A DNA stretch of 64,000 nucleotides from Mobula hypostoma (lineage: Eukaryota). This document shows, one piece after another, positions 12,467 to 25,742 of the stretch. The notes under the pieces were generated by a model. The model ran no database searches. It worked only from the letters and a program-made list of their open reading frames with translations, and was not told the DNA's origin. Position numbers and translations under genes: made by a program. The stretch lies in assembly GCF_963921235.1 (NCBI RefSeq), contig NC_086097.1, positions 43,650,001 to 43,714,000 on the forward strand. The letters run 5' to 3'. Each line of letters opens with the position of its first letter. Position 1 is the stretch's first letter.

Positions 12467-12992
12467 TGCTAGAATAAAAGGCAAGGCTAACAGATTTAGG
12501 AAAGCTTGCTTATCGAAAAATATTGAGGCCCTAGTAAAGAAAAAGGATGTGCATACCAGGTATAGGAAGTTAGAATCAAATGAGGCACTTGAGTAAGAGA
12601 GAACACAAAGAGAGAAATCAAGAGGGCTAAAAGAGAATACAAGGTTGCTCTGGCAGACAAGGTGAAAGAGAATTGAAATGCTTTCCAGAGGTATAGTAAG
12701 AGCAAAAGTTGGTCCACCTGACGATCACCATGGTCATCTCTGCCTGGAGCCAAAAGAGATGGAGGAGATCTTAAATGATTTTTTTTTGCACCCATTTTTA
12801 CTTAGGAGACAAGGACAGGGACTATAGAATGGAGGCAGAAGAGTAATGACGTCATGGGCCAGAGTACTGAGTACAGGAGTTGGGATGTTGTTGAAGTTGT
12901 ATATTGGTGAGACCAAAATTTGGAGTTTTATGTGCCGTTCTGGTCACCTATCTACAGGAAAAATATCAACAAGATTGAAAGAATACAGCGAA

Positions 12993-13375
12993 TTGTTTGT
13001 TATGTCTCCCCGCCCGCTAGGAAAATCTCTTTCTCCCTTATTAGGGAGAGAGAACCTGTGGTATGTCCAATACCAGGTGAAACTCGATTTCTTTGGGGTA
13101 CTGCAAGTCTGTGTCTTTGCTATTGCTTTGCTCACGCTTGAGTGCTCGGTGGTGGTGCCAATGCTTTTTTTTGCCCGCTGAAGGAGGGGATTGCTGCTCG
13201 CTGCCACCTACACACGGGAGGGGAGAGCGGGGGGGGGTGGATCTTTGGGGTTCTAAGATTTAACTGTCATTCATTCTTTGGGGCTCGTTTTTGTGGATGG
13301 TTGCGAAGAAAAAGCATTTCAGGATGTATATTGTATACATTCTCTGACATTAAATTGTACCTTTGAACCTTTGAA
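12993..13375 (+). mobile_element. Unclassified retroposon 3' end inserted in the CR1
   Basis: Interrupts CR1 coding continuity and ends in ATTAAA plus a tandem (cctttgaa)2 tail. Confidence 0.5.
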
Positions 13376-14250
13376 AATTTACAAGGATGTTACTGATACT
13401 TGAGGACCTGAGTTATAGAAGTAGAATATAGAGTTACAGAAGTATACAAGTAGAATAGGTTAGGACTTTAGTTCCTGGAGCATAGGAGAATGAGGGGAGA
13501 TTTGATAGAGGTATACAAAATTATGAGGGGTACAGATAGGGTTAATGCAAACAAGCTTTTTCCATTGAGGTTGGGTGACACTAGAACTGGCAGTCACAGG
13601 TTAAGGGTAAAAGATAAAATAGTGAAAGGGGACCTTTCCACTCAGTGGGCAGTGCAAGTGTGGAATGAGCTATCAGCAGTAGTAGTGAATGCAGGCATGC
13701 TTTTAACATTTGAAAGAAATTTGGAGAAGTACATAGATGGGGCATGTATGGAGGGCTAAGTTCCAGGTGTGGGTCAATGGGAGTAGGCATAATAATAGTT
13801 CACATTGGACTGGATGGGCAAAAGGGCCTGTTTCTATGCTGTAGTGCTCCTTGACTCAATATTCTAATTTCTGCTGAGCCATCATAATTGCAAGGCCCAC
13901 GTACAACGAGTAGCAGCATTAAGCTATCCATACCAAACTAACAAAGTGAATTGGTTGAGTCTTAATTATTGCTGCCAGTTCCAATTTATTTAATAATTGA
14001 ATTTTACAACTTCCCATGGTGGAATATGAACTATTTGTCTAGTACAAGTGGCAAACCATCAGATTAGATTTTTTAAAATTATTAGATAACTGATTGGACA
14101 CTCCTTACTTGTTCCATTAACCTTTGTTGCTCCATTAAAAAATGTAATATTTGGGCCCTTTCACATGCAAGTATGACGTCAAATATACAATATTTACAAT
14201 TTTATGAGAGAATAAAGCTGGTTATACCTAGACAGATGCAAACGAACTTA

Positions 14251-14376
<126 letters not shown>

Positions 14377-14409
14377 TTAAGGCAGGTCTGGTTACATTGG
14401 ACTGTAATA

Positions 14410-15206
14410 CAATAGATTCCAGTTAATTGGGCCATCGATTAATTGGGGCAGCCACTTATTTGTGACAACTCTTAAAGAACAAAAAATAAAGAAAATAACT
14501 GGGTTTCACTTTATTTATTTGGGACACTAATTACCACTTAATTGTGGTAGGGCACTATCGCCAAACAGTTTCTAAATTGCATCAGTCATATGCTCTAGTG
14601 TGTCCATTAGACACTACATTGAGCTTAAGGCAAACAGTTTTTAAATAGCATCAGTTGCATGTATTTGTATTCAAAATGTAGTGATTTTTGTCACTGATAG
14701 TTAGCGGGAATTAATTAGTAGGATAATTCAGAACTGTTTTGCTTACTGTGGTTTCAAGCATTTAGGCTTGGAGATGCCTGAAACACCCGTGAGTGAAAAT
14801 GAATCAATTTCACTACTTCAATAAGTTAGGAACTACGAAGGTATTGATAACCTTAAATGTTACGATGAAAATGAAGATTTAGAATGTGTAATCGTCAATA
14901 GCATTGCATGAGGCAGTCCATTATCTGCACTAGGTGTCTGCTAATTTTGCTCCTTTAAAATCAAAAGAACATGGCATTATACACTCTGTCAATAACTATT
15001 ACAGTTTTATAGTACTGTAGTAATAATGGTAATGTTCCAATTTGTTTTGTATTTAATTTGAATACATAATTTGTTACTCAGTGAAACAGCAGTTTTCCCT
15101 TTTTTATACCTTTTTGACCATTTCCATGAAACATCAGCTAATTGGGGCAGTCGCTTAATTGGGTCAAAATGGGTCCCAATGTGTCCCAATTAACTGGAAT
15201 CCACTG
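14410..15206 (+). mobile_element. Tigger/pogo-like non-autonomous DNA transposon
   Basis: 22-bp TIRs (caatagattccagttaattggg vs cagtggattccagttaattggg, 20/22), TA on both sides, and a remnant of the transposase C-terminus (RIIQNCFAYCGF). Confidence 0.8.
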
Positions 15207-16401
15207 TAATCTAATCTGCACATCTATTAAATTTAAACTTGTGCTTTCTTCCCAAAGAAATGATTTACATTTTAATGTAAACGCTTCCTAAACTACACCC
15301 CATTTAAAAACAAAAAATGTAAATTTAAACCACTCAGTTGTCTGGAATCAGATCAATTACTCACTTTACCTCCTACCTAGCTACTACTTTTGTTTAAAAG
15401 ACCAATTGATAACTGAAACAGTTTGTTGTTTTGCACAAGGTGAAAATTACCCATTAAGATATCAGCCAGTCAGAGTAATAAATGAACGAGTCCATGCTTG
15501 TGATACAAGTTCAACATTAAACATATAAATATACAGTTATTGACTACAGGAACTTTCATAATGCAATCAAGCTTTCTAATTACATTCCTAGTAAACCCAG
15601 GAAACAAATTAAAATACATTTAGCAATATGTACATAAATTATGCTATGCTGTCTTTTGACAGGTGACCTACATTTAAGGAAAGTACATTTCAGCCATAGG
15701 TAAATGAACAAATTAACTTTCATAACAGATCCTCTGGTGTTTCAAAGTGGTGTTGTAAAGTACTAAACACAAGACTAGAGAATTTACCAACTAATTCAGG
15801 AGTACAAATGGTAAATTGTGAGGGTTCTACACAGAGGCAGCATAGTTTAAAACTTATTTGTCTAGGTTCACAGAGAAACAATTTCTTTTAATAGGAAAAA
15901 TAAATAAGAGGGCAGAATCCTAAAATTATTATTCTGGTCATTTCTTCAAAGCAGCAAAAAAAAAACAGAACCCCCTTACTCTCAAAAGGCTATGGCTGGT
16001 GAGTCAGACTTTGTGATTAAGGGCATTGGTGATGTAAAACAAAGATGATGAATGGAATAGGGTGTAGATTATAACCTTATCAAATGGCTGAACGGATTCA
16101 AGTGGCCGAATATCCCAGATCACATCTCAATGAAAACCGTTTATACATATTGGCATCAAACATACTTCATGGTTCAAAAAAAAAGTTGGATATTTCAAGT
16201 ATATTCCATTTTACATTGTGTAAATGAAATGTTTGTTTTTATTTCATGTGAAGATTTATACAGCTAAGTTTGGCAATCAGAGAAACAACCCTTTTCAACA
16301 TTCATGCTTTTATTAGAGCAACTATTACCTAGAAATTGTTTTAAATTTTTTTTACTGAGCTCCTGAAAAGCCAAAGATAACACAAAACAGTGGTCCTCTT
16401 A

Positions 16402-16530
<129 letters not shown>

Positions 16531-16701
16531 CTACAATGTAGAACAAAAACAGAAAGAATTATGTACACTATAATTTTCAGATGCAACTTTTGTCATTTCA
16601 CAGAAGCAGACCCTTTATGGAATGACAATTTTGGTTTGAAACCAAAAATAAAGACACAAATTAAAGTAGTATCTCAAATTTCTATGTAACCTAATGCTCA
16701 C

Positions 16702-16872
16702 TTGAAAATGAGGACTGGAAACACATTTTGCCAGCTGTCGAAACAGGGGTTCCATGACCTTTACAAATTCTGAAGGTTCAATGACATCCAAAATCTCTTC
16801 CAGTTCGTTTAGAAACATCACTTCTTTTGGACTATGCGTCTTTGGCCAATACTTGAGCAATGCCATAACCAC
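16702..16872 (-). CDS. PPP2R5C: PP2A B56-gamma exon, 171 nt: [57 protein letters not shown]
   Basis: atag| acceptor and CAA|gtgagc donor; visible in the ORF track. Confidence 0.97.
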
Positions 16873-17479
16873 CTATAAAAGTCAAAGCAGTACTGGAGCT
16901 CAAAACTTTGAAAACTCTAAAACACATTCATATGCTTGAACAAAGTAACAGCAAAATAGTATCACAATTGAATAAAAATGGTAAGTACTAGTTTGTGAAA
17001 CTGCTTACAAATTAAGTTTATTAATATTGAAAACTTCTTACTACAGTTAAAATGACGGCTCATGCAAATTTTTTAGATTAATTCATTAAGATGTTTGCAT
17101 TTTAAGTTCAACAGCTATTGCATTTGAAAATTTTAATCTTTAAATTTTCCACTATTAGATATATTTCCAATTGCCTATTACCAAAAAAAACCTAAAATTT
17201 ATTATGCATTGTATCTCAAGAAGTTCAATATTCCTAATTGAAATACATTGTGTGAGCTTTTATAGGTATGTAAAAAAAAAGAAAAAGAAAAACAGCTTAA
17301 AAAGTTGGAGGAATAGAGTATAAGGGAACAGAAGAAACTTTGAGAAGGTCCTGCATAAGGATGTTGGTTAACAAAATTTAAGCCATGGTTAAGAATTGGC
17401 TCTGAAGAGGAAGCGAAGATTGGGATTAAATACATCATTCTCATGTTGGCTGCATAGGTGAGGTACCAAGGAGACTGCT

Positions 17480-18900
17480 GCTTGAGCCCTGGATATTCCC
17501 AATTAACATTATTTACTGAGGGGACAAATGTCATGTTTCCAGTTTGACAATACTAAATTAGGCGGATTGAGTCTAATAAAAAGAACGTAAAGAGGCTTCA
17601 ATGCGATAATAAGCTGAACTGGTCAAGAACAGAGCAGAAGGAATACAATTGAATTGCCATATACAATACAATTGCCAGGTCAATCACTCTGGTGGACAGA
17701 ATATTTGTCAACTGGTCAAGAACAGAGCATGGAAACATAGAAAACCTACAGCACAATACAGGCTCTTCAGCCCACAAAGCTGTGCCGAACATGTCCTTAC
17801 CTTAGAACTGCCTAGGCTTACCCATAGCCCTCTATTTTTCTAAGCTCCATGTACCCATCCAGGAGTCTCTTAAAAGACCCCATCGTTTCCACCTCCACTG
17901 CCGCCGCCAGCAGTAGGAATATAATTGGAAAATTATAAAAGCAAGGATGTAATGTTGAGGCTGGATGTACATTTTTTGAGAGAGGGTTCAAAGTAGGTTC
18001 ATGAAAATGATTCTGGTATTGAAAGGCTTGCCATATGAGGAGCGTTTGATGGCTTTGGGCTGCACTCACTGGAATTCAGAAGAATGAGGGGTGACCTCAT
18101 TGAAACCTATCGAATGGCGAAGGGCCTCAATAGAATGGATGTGAGGTGGGGGAGTTTAAGACCAGAGGACACAGCCTCAAGATAGAGGGGCATCTTTTTA
18201 GAATGGAGATGAGGAGAATTTTTTTTTAGCCAGAGCGGGGAGTCGGTGGAATTTGTTGTCACAGGTGGTTGTGGAGGCCATGACATTGGGTATACTTAAG
18301 ACAGAAGTTGATAGATGCCTGATTAGTCAGGGCACAAAAGGATATGGGGAGAAGGCAGGAGACTGGGGCTAAGAAAAATGGATCAGCCGTGATAAAATGG
18401 CAGAGCAGACTTGATGGGCCAAATGGCTGATTCTGCTCTTATGGAAAGTACCAGGTCAACTACATCGGTGGACAGAAAAGCAGAATATTTGTTAAATAGT
18501 AAGAGGTTGGATAGTGATAATGTTTAAAGAGACCAAGGTGCTTTTATACACAAGCATTTTGCATTGTCTTCTTTGTGTTACCAACACAATTATACTTGGC
18601 ATGATCTCTCTATATGGCATGCAAATAAAAGTATTTTGTTGTGTCTTGGAGACAATCAAAGCAAAACTGATAAGTAGTACATAGTTTAGTACTGAGATGA
18701 GGAGAATGTGTTATTACTTGTGGTGAACTTTCTAACTTTCTACCCCAGCTGACCATGGATGCTGTTACTATGTTCATAGAAAACTGTCATCAGAAGATCT
18801 TATGAGCATAAGGGAATCAATGGATACACCAGCCACAATCTAATGAACAGCAGAGTCAGCATAACTTATTTCTGATCCTATTTCTTATGTTCTTATTTGC
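17480..18900. mobile_element. Cluster of nested CR1 fragments (minus-strand 3' end about 17728-17910; plus-strand about 17915-18445)
   Basis: VETMGSFKRLLDGYMELRKIEGYG on minus; agaatgaggggtgacctcattgaaacctat and a CR1 tail on plus. Boundaries approximate. Confidence 0.75.
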
Positions 18901-19862
18901 TAAAAATAAACTCTTGAAAGATGAGAGAGTACAAAAAAAAGCTGGCCTCATCCATTTAAGCCTACTCCACCATTTTATATAATCACAGTTGATTCTGTAC
19001 TTCAGATCAATTTCAAAACCATCAACCTATCCTCTAATGTACTTATAAAAAAAACATGTCAACTCTGATTCCAATCATTGACTTGCATCCTTAGTCCTGA
19101 GGTAGAGAATTCTAAAGATTTACAACCACATAGAATGTAATTTTATTGTGTTCTTAAAAAGCCAACTTCAGTTTCTAGATCCTTCCACTCAAGGAAATGC
19201 CTGTATTCTGTCCTCTATCAATCCCTTTCAGAGACTTTTGTTTCCATGAGATACCCAACCTCTTGTTGGTATAGATCAAACTTCCAATCAGCATTCACAG
19301 GTCAACATGTTCTCTTACCAAGAATCAATCTTGTAAATTCTATACATCCTATTGCAACACAGACTGTACGTAGTACATCAACTATCATCTCAGTAATGCC
19401 CTGCACAACAGTGGCAAGACTTTAACATTTCCATTTGAGTTCTCCTAACAATATGCAAAATTCAAATATCCTTAATTGCTTCATGTACCTGCAAGATTTT
19501 ACTCCACCTGAGCCTACATATTTAACTAAATGAACACAAATATTTATGAATCTTTCACCATTCTGAAATAATGAATCACTTATTTTGTTCTCCACCTGCC
19601 TCCTTTTCTTCACTCGGTCAACTAATGCTCTTTTGCAGACACCACTTTACAGTTTTCACATCTAACTTTAAATTTAGATACTTTATATTGTCTTTTTGAA
19701 CGTCTAACTGGAATATTTTCAAGAAGTCAAAAAGAGAATTCAAAACCTTGAAACAAAACCACAAGACACTTTCAAAAAGGAATATTAGTTACACCTCCCC
19801 TAAAATTATTATAACATCTAAACGTAAAATAAACAGAGATCATATAATTAATGTCAACTCAC

Positions 19863-19916
19863 AGGTTCCGTAAGGGTGCTGTCTTTTTCTAGGAATTGCA
19901 CCACACAGTACGCCAA
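19863..19916 (-). CDS. PPP2R5C: PP2A B56-gamma exon, 54 nt: LAYCVVQFLEKDSTLTEP
   Basis: tttag| acceptor and CCT|gtgagt donor; conserved peptide. Confidence 0.97.
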
Positions 19917-20317
19917 CTAAATAAAGAGTAAAACCAAGTTAAAGCAATGTACATATTTCTCTTTACAACTTAAATGCTTGTGTAGTAGGCTCCCTCACTT
20001 TGCATAAAAAACTCTTATTCAAATGCAATGTTGTTTAAGAGTATCTTTACACATCCAAATTTAATGGCAAATCATAGATATCAACTATGGAAATTCCCAT
20101 GATCTTTGCCAAAGGAGGAACTAATCAAAATTGCTTAAGTTTTACTATATGGCTGTGCGGATATACAACACAGAAAATAAAAGAAGTTGTTGAATTTTGC
20201 TGACAACTCAAGGTCTTCAAATGACAAGGTAAAAAAAAATTGCCATCAGTGCCAAACCATTGCAGGAAACTTACACAGTCTCGATTACTGAGTGGAATTA
20301 GGTATTGTCAGTGCAAT

Positions 20318-21175
20318 TGTTACATGCTCAAGGAGATCTGTTTTTTTTTGTGAGAATGATGTAATGGTCTTTTGGAGGTCACCTGATGTGATTTTCCCAC
20401 CGATGTGAGGTCACGTGATGACATGTGCCCCGTGACTATATAAGGGTTGACCCAGGTGACGCAGTTAGTTTTTGAGTTTGTAGATTTCCAGGTAGAACTT
20501 GTTGTGCCTCCGTTTCTGTTGCGTGTTTGTTTTTGTGAACGGAAGGTGCGTTTTCTTACAAGATATTGTATTATTGGACTGGGAATTTGTGGCTGGAAGT
20601 GTCAATTTACTCAATTCTGACAGTTTTGAAGGGAGAGTGAAGAATTTATCGAAGTGAAGGATCGAGAAAAGTCGGCATCGTTTGGCAGTTTAATAAAGAA
20701 TCAACCTTATTGAGTCCTCGTTGGAGAGAACCTGCATTGACATAACTCTTGCAAAAGGGCAATGAGTTCATGCAAAAAGGTGCTCTCTCTCGCTAAAGGA
20801 AGTTAAAGTCAGTCGATTTAAACTGTTTATTTTTGGCATCATGAATCCTGTAGACAGAACCAGCAGTAAAGGTGCAACTGTGAAGAAATCCTTCTCCAGA
20901 GAAGTCTCTCCCAATTGAATGTGTAAAACTGTTGGACTTTCAAAGTTATCGCTTTAAGAACTATATCTGACTGTATCGCTTTAAGAACTGTTTTCGCATT
21001 TAACGCTTTAAGAACCAGAGCCGAGTGAAGTTGGTGAACGGCTGTGTACCTGTTAACCTCCGGTTAAAGTTTTCCCTTTTTTTTCCCCATTATCATTTAT
21101 ACGTGTTTAATAAATATTTGGTTGTTTTTATAAAACCTGTCTCGATTAATATTCATTGTTGCCGGTTACATAACA
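20318..21175 (+). mobile_element. Solo LTR (858 bp), probably Gypsy/Ty3-type
   Basis: TGTTA...TAACA inverted termini; 4-bp TSD caat (20314-20317 and 21176-21179); TATATAA at 20437 and AATAAA at 21109. Confidence 0.8.
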
Positions 21176-21241
21176 CAATATAGTGGTAAAACTTTTGACG
21201 AGGTAATTTAGAGTAACAGTGTGCAGCGAAAAGCAGAGCTA

Positions 21242-22132
21242 CAGTCAGCCCTCCTTATCCGCGAGTTCCGCATACACGAATTCAACCAACTGCGAATCGA
21301 GAAAACCCGGAAGTGCTCTTCCAGCACTTTTTGTTCGAGCATATACAGACTTTTTTTTCTTGTCATTATTCCCTAAACAATGCAGTATAACAACTATTTT
21401 ACATAGTATTTACATTGTATTAGGTATTATAAGTAATCTAGAGATGATATAAAGTATACAGAAGGATGTGCGTAGGTTATCGTGGATTAGGATTGAAAAA
21501 AAACGGAAGTTCTCTTACTAAGTAAGTCGGAATAGGTACATCTGGTATTACTTAGCGTCAGTTAGTTAAATGTTTGTCTTAGTATATATTTTACCTTTCT
21601 ATGCATATAACACACTTAAGAAATGTATGTTTCAGCACCGGGCTCGGGAATGGAAGTTCCCGAGTTCGATCCAGTGACAGACCGCTCCTGAGCGCGCTCC
21701 ATCCGTGCCGGGTTGACGTGGAGGATCAAAAACCCAAAACCCAATAATTAAACCACTGCGTTGCTTAGTAATAATTGTAGTTTTCATTGGGACAGGGCCT
21801 TTCTCACTTTATCGTTTAAAACTGTCCCGATTGTTGACCAACCGTAGCCTAACGCTTTCCAGTGACCGATGGCGTTTCACCTCTTTCCGATTACTTTATT
21901 TTCAATAGTGATCGCGATTATTTTCGTGAACGGAAACACTGCGGATTCAGAGCTCCCCCGCCAGGTTCTAATGTCCACCGCACTGCGACAGGTTAAATAA
22001 GGTCCGAGGTTCCGCAGGGTCCTAAGATCCACCGCATTGAGACAGGTTGAAAGAGGGACTTGAGCATCCGCGTTTTTTGGTATCCGTGAGGGGTCCCGGA
22101 ACCAATCCCTCACGGATAAGGAGGGCCGACTG
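21242..22132 (-). mobile_element. MER2/Tigger-like MITE
   Basis: TIRs cagtcagccctccttatccgcgag / ctcacggataaggagggccgactg with TA on both sides; ends resemble mammalian MER2 as recalled. Confidence 0.85.
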
Positions 22133-22526
22133 TACTGAATTCTTCCCTTTCACAAGCAGGGCACAAAACAAACTATTTACAAACTAAAAGTGAGAGCAAA
22201 CTATTCTGCAACTGAAACCAAGAGGACACAAAGGTGACCTAGGCAGATTATTTCTTCTAGATTTATTTTTTCCTTTAGGAATAAATGGAATCTTTATTAT
22301 TGTAGTATAGCCAATTGAGAGCTTGTGCAATTCATGATAAACTTTTGTAATGACCAAATAAATGAAGATCCATTACCTTTAAAACTTGGCCTCATTAAAT
22401 TTGAAATGAGTGTCAATTTTTGTTAGTTTGAGGCACATAAAGAGCTGCATTAGCACCATAAAATTCAGTAAATCTCTAAAGGATTGTGTGTAAAGCACTA
22501 GTTTCATTATTAATACTTTATTTTAC

Positions 22527-23445
22527 TTGGAGATACAGCACAGAATAGGCCCTTCAAGCCACACTGCCCAGCAACCTCCAACAACTCCGATTTAACCCCA
22601 ACCTAATTGTGAGACAATTTACAATGACCATTTTATAAGTGGTGGTATTTTTTAAATGATATAATTTTTATTAGTTAATAATAGTTATAATTTGGTTCAT
22701 GGAACACTTCAGCAAGTTAAGTTTCTTTCATAGCATTTAACCAAATTTCAGAAAAAAATCCTTTCATTTGTTGTGAACAATTTTTCTTTTTTCATATCTT
22801 TCAGTTGTAAAGATTTTCAAACTTGTTAGCTAACTAGTCCATTAGTCTTGCGAGACCATGGATCTGCGCCTGGGAAGTCTTCACTCTCAAGGGCACAGAC
22901 CTGGGCAAGGTTGTATGGAAGACCAGCAGTTGCCCATGCTGCAAGTCTCCTCTCCACAACACTCCTCACCAATGTTGTCCAAGGGAAGGGCATTAGGACC
23001 CATACAGCTTGGCGTCAGTGTAATCGCAGAGCAATGTATCATTAAGTGCCTTGCTCAGGGACACAACATGTTCCCTCAGCTGGGGCTTGAACTCACGACC
23101 TTCAGGTAGCTAGTCCAATGACTTAACCACTTGGCCACGTGCCCACTGATAGCAAACTACTAGTAGCAAACTAACAGCTAATTGATAAGGGATGATGAAT
23201 TATCCTAGGTGTGACCAAGTAACCTACGAATCTGCAGGTATCTGGAATTCAGGAGAAAACTGGAGCAAACCCATGTGGTCACAGGGAGAGTGTACAAACT
23301 CAAATAAAGAATTTTTTTCTGAAATTTGGTTAAAGGTTGTGAAAGAAACAATTAATCAAATTATAAACTTGAAAGACAGCGGCAGAATTGACCCTGGGTT
23401 GCTGCCGCTGTAATGGCATTGCGCAAATTGCTACACTATCGCGTA
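22527..23445 (-). mobile_element. V-SINE/HE1-like SINE, split by later insertions
   Basis: V-domain-like cccatgtggtcacagggagagtgtacaaactc at about 23270, decayed tRNA head at about 23380-23445, CR1-type tail at about 22530-22560. Confidence 0.55.
22835..23144 (-). mobile_element. tRNA-derived SINE
   Basis: Minus-strand head GGGCACGTGGCCAAGTGGTTAAG..GAGTTCAAGCCCC (Pol III A and B boxes), followed by the core tgtgtccctgagcaaggcacttaa. Confidence 0.8.
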
Positions 23446-23809
23446 GAATAGTACTGTCTAAAATCCTCATGCATTACATAAACAAAATATAACAAAATAA
23501 AAAAAGCTATAAAAAATATCACAAATGGTAGGTTCAATAGTCAGTTGCATGCACACTGAGCTATCATGAAGAGTAAGATTAAAAAAATTGTGTCATGGTT
23601 GCATTTAGGAATCAATATTAACAGGTTCTTTCTCATACTTTCATAGAAAAACAGGTTAATGCAACATTACACAACATATTGCACTATATAACTTGCCAGA
23701 ATAAATAAACTGATTTGTTTGTGTGTTAATCCAATGTGGAATTAATGACTTAATATATTACTGCCTCATATTTTAAAACATCTATATTTGAGTAATTATC
23801 TAAATTTCA

Positions 23810-23950
<141 letters not shown>

Positions 23951-24350
23951 TTAATTGAACAACTTGACTTTGACTAGTTGAAACAAAAAGAGCTGCTTAT
24001 TACTAGATTGCCTGTGGAATTTCTCAAAATCAAGTAATAATTAGGCTGTTCCAATGAAAATGGAGAAAAAGTTGGACACAAAATGCAAGTCCCATCAGTA
24101 CTGAAATTCAAGCACAGCTACAAAACCAGTTCAGCTGTTTATATTTTCACCTACTACTGTTGTTTGGGGCAAAGATAATGCTCACCATTCCAGACAATTC
24201 TAATTGTTTTACAAATGAACAGAAAAGGCACAGAACTCAGTAAGGATAAAGGGCTGTGCAGGTAGTTACTTCATACATCAACAAAATAAAACAACTACTT
24301 GGTCCAGCATGCTCTTTTAAGTGAGATGGCTCAAGAAGCTATCATGAACT

Positions 24351-24481
24351 GAAACAAGAGAAAATCTGCAGATGTTGGAAATCTGAGCAACACACACAGA
24401 ATGCTGGAGGAACTCAGCAGGTCAGACAGCATCTATGGAAAAAAGTAAGTAATGTTTCAGGCCGAAACCCTTCAGCAGGAG
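24351..24481 (-). mobile_element. 131-bp Penelope-tail insertion beginning at a decayed hammerhead
   Basis: 9-bp TSD tcatgaact (24342-24350 and 24482-24490). Minus strand reads CTGCTGA A GGGT TTCG GCCT GAAACATT, then the PLE tail. Confidence 0.8.
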
Positions 24482-25207
24482 TCATGAACTTAAGATTTTT
24501 GAACTTGTTTCTAATAAAAATCAGACAGCATGAATAAAAGTACTCATGCATTTAATTCTTCTGCCAGATTTATATGACAAACATAATTTGCACTAAGAAT
24601 ATATTTTAGTAGAGAAGGGAAGATAGGAGCTAGGAGTTTGAAAGGACTGTAAAATAATTTCACTACCTCAGTGTAGTAAAATATAAATTGATAAAATTTA
24701 CACTATTTACCCATGATGCCACTTTCTAGAAATTATAAACCTGTTTTCCCAGGTCTCTTTATTCCACCGCACAGCGTTACCATTCACTGTATATGTGATA
24801 CCCTGGTTTGTCCATTTAAAGTGCAACACCTTACACTTGCCTGTGTTAAATTTCACCTGCCATTTTTCAATCTATTTTCCCAGCTAGTAAAGATCATGCT
24901 GCAAACTTTGATGGCCTTGGGTGTCATGTGCAAATATGCTCAATTTTTAGTTCCCCTTTCCCGGAGTAAAGACTGTTGTTAGCTTCAGATTATATTTCTC
25001 CTTTTAATATCACAACAAAATTATAAGTCTGGTTTCTAGACTGATAACAATGGGAAAGCACTTGTGCTTGAAACATCTAACTGCTCCCCCCCCAAAAAAA
25101 AATCTAGAGTGAGATCTTTCCTGTAGGATATGAATGTTCAGAAAGCTACAAAATCACTTATTTTTCTGGTGACGTTGCTCAAGTAGAGAATATTAGATTA
25201 TTTAATA

Positions 25208-25742
25208 GTTGAGTGGTGCCACAACAACAACCTTTTACTCAATGTCAGCAAGACCAAGCAGCTGGTTACTGACTTCAGGAGGAGGAATCCACAAGCCCAT
25301 GAGCCAGTTCTCACTGGGAGATCAGAGGCAGAGAGGGTTAGCAACTTTAAGTTCCTCGGTGTCATCATTTCAAAAGGACTTGTACCGGCTCAGCATATAA
25401 GCGCAATTACGAAGAAAGTACCGCAACGCCTCTACTTCTTTAGGAGTCTGTTAAGATTCAGCATGACATCTAAAATTTTGACAAACTTTTGTAGTTCTGT
25501 GGTGGAGAGTATATTGACTGGCTGCATCACAACCTAGTATGGAAACACAAAAGCTCTTTAATGGAAAATGCTACAAGTAGTAGTGAATACGGTCTAGTCC
25601 ATCACAGGTAAAGCTCTCCCACCAAGTACTGTCACAGGTAAGCAGCATCCATTATCGGGGACCTCCACCACCCAGGTCATGCTCTCTTCTCACTGCTGCC
25701 ATCAATAAGGTGATATAGAAGTGTTAGGACTCACACCACTGG
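25208..25742 (+). mobile_element. Rex1/Babar-like LINE RT C-terminal fragment
   Basis: WCHNNNLLLNVSKTK..TDFRR and KKVPQRLYFFRSLLRF..VVESILTGCIT motifs, frameshifted. Confidence 0.75.

Larger units (their letters stand above)
10380..13860 (+). mobile_element. Fragmented CR1 LINE, interrupted by a hAT element and another insertion
   Basis: CR1-type segments such as MRGDLIEVYKIMRGTDRVNANKLFP..TRTGSHRLRV and the 3' tail gatgggcaaaagggcctgtttctatgctgt. Confidence 0.8.

Noticed and set aside
23075..23144. tRNA gene
   Set aside because: The tRNA-like head runs directly into a SINE core and lacks a proper acceptor stem.
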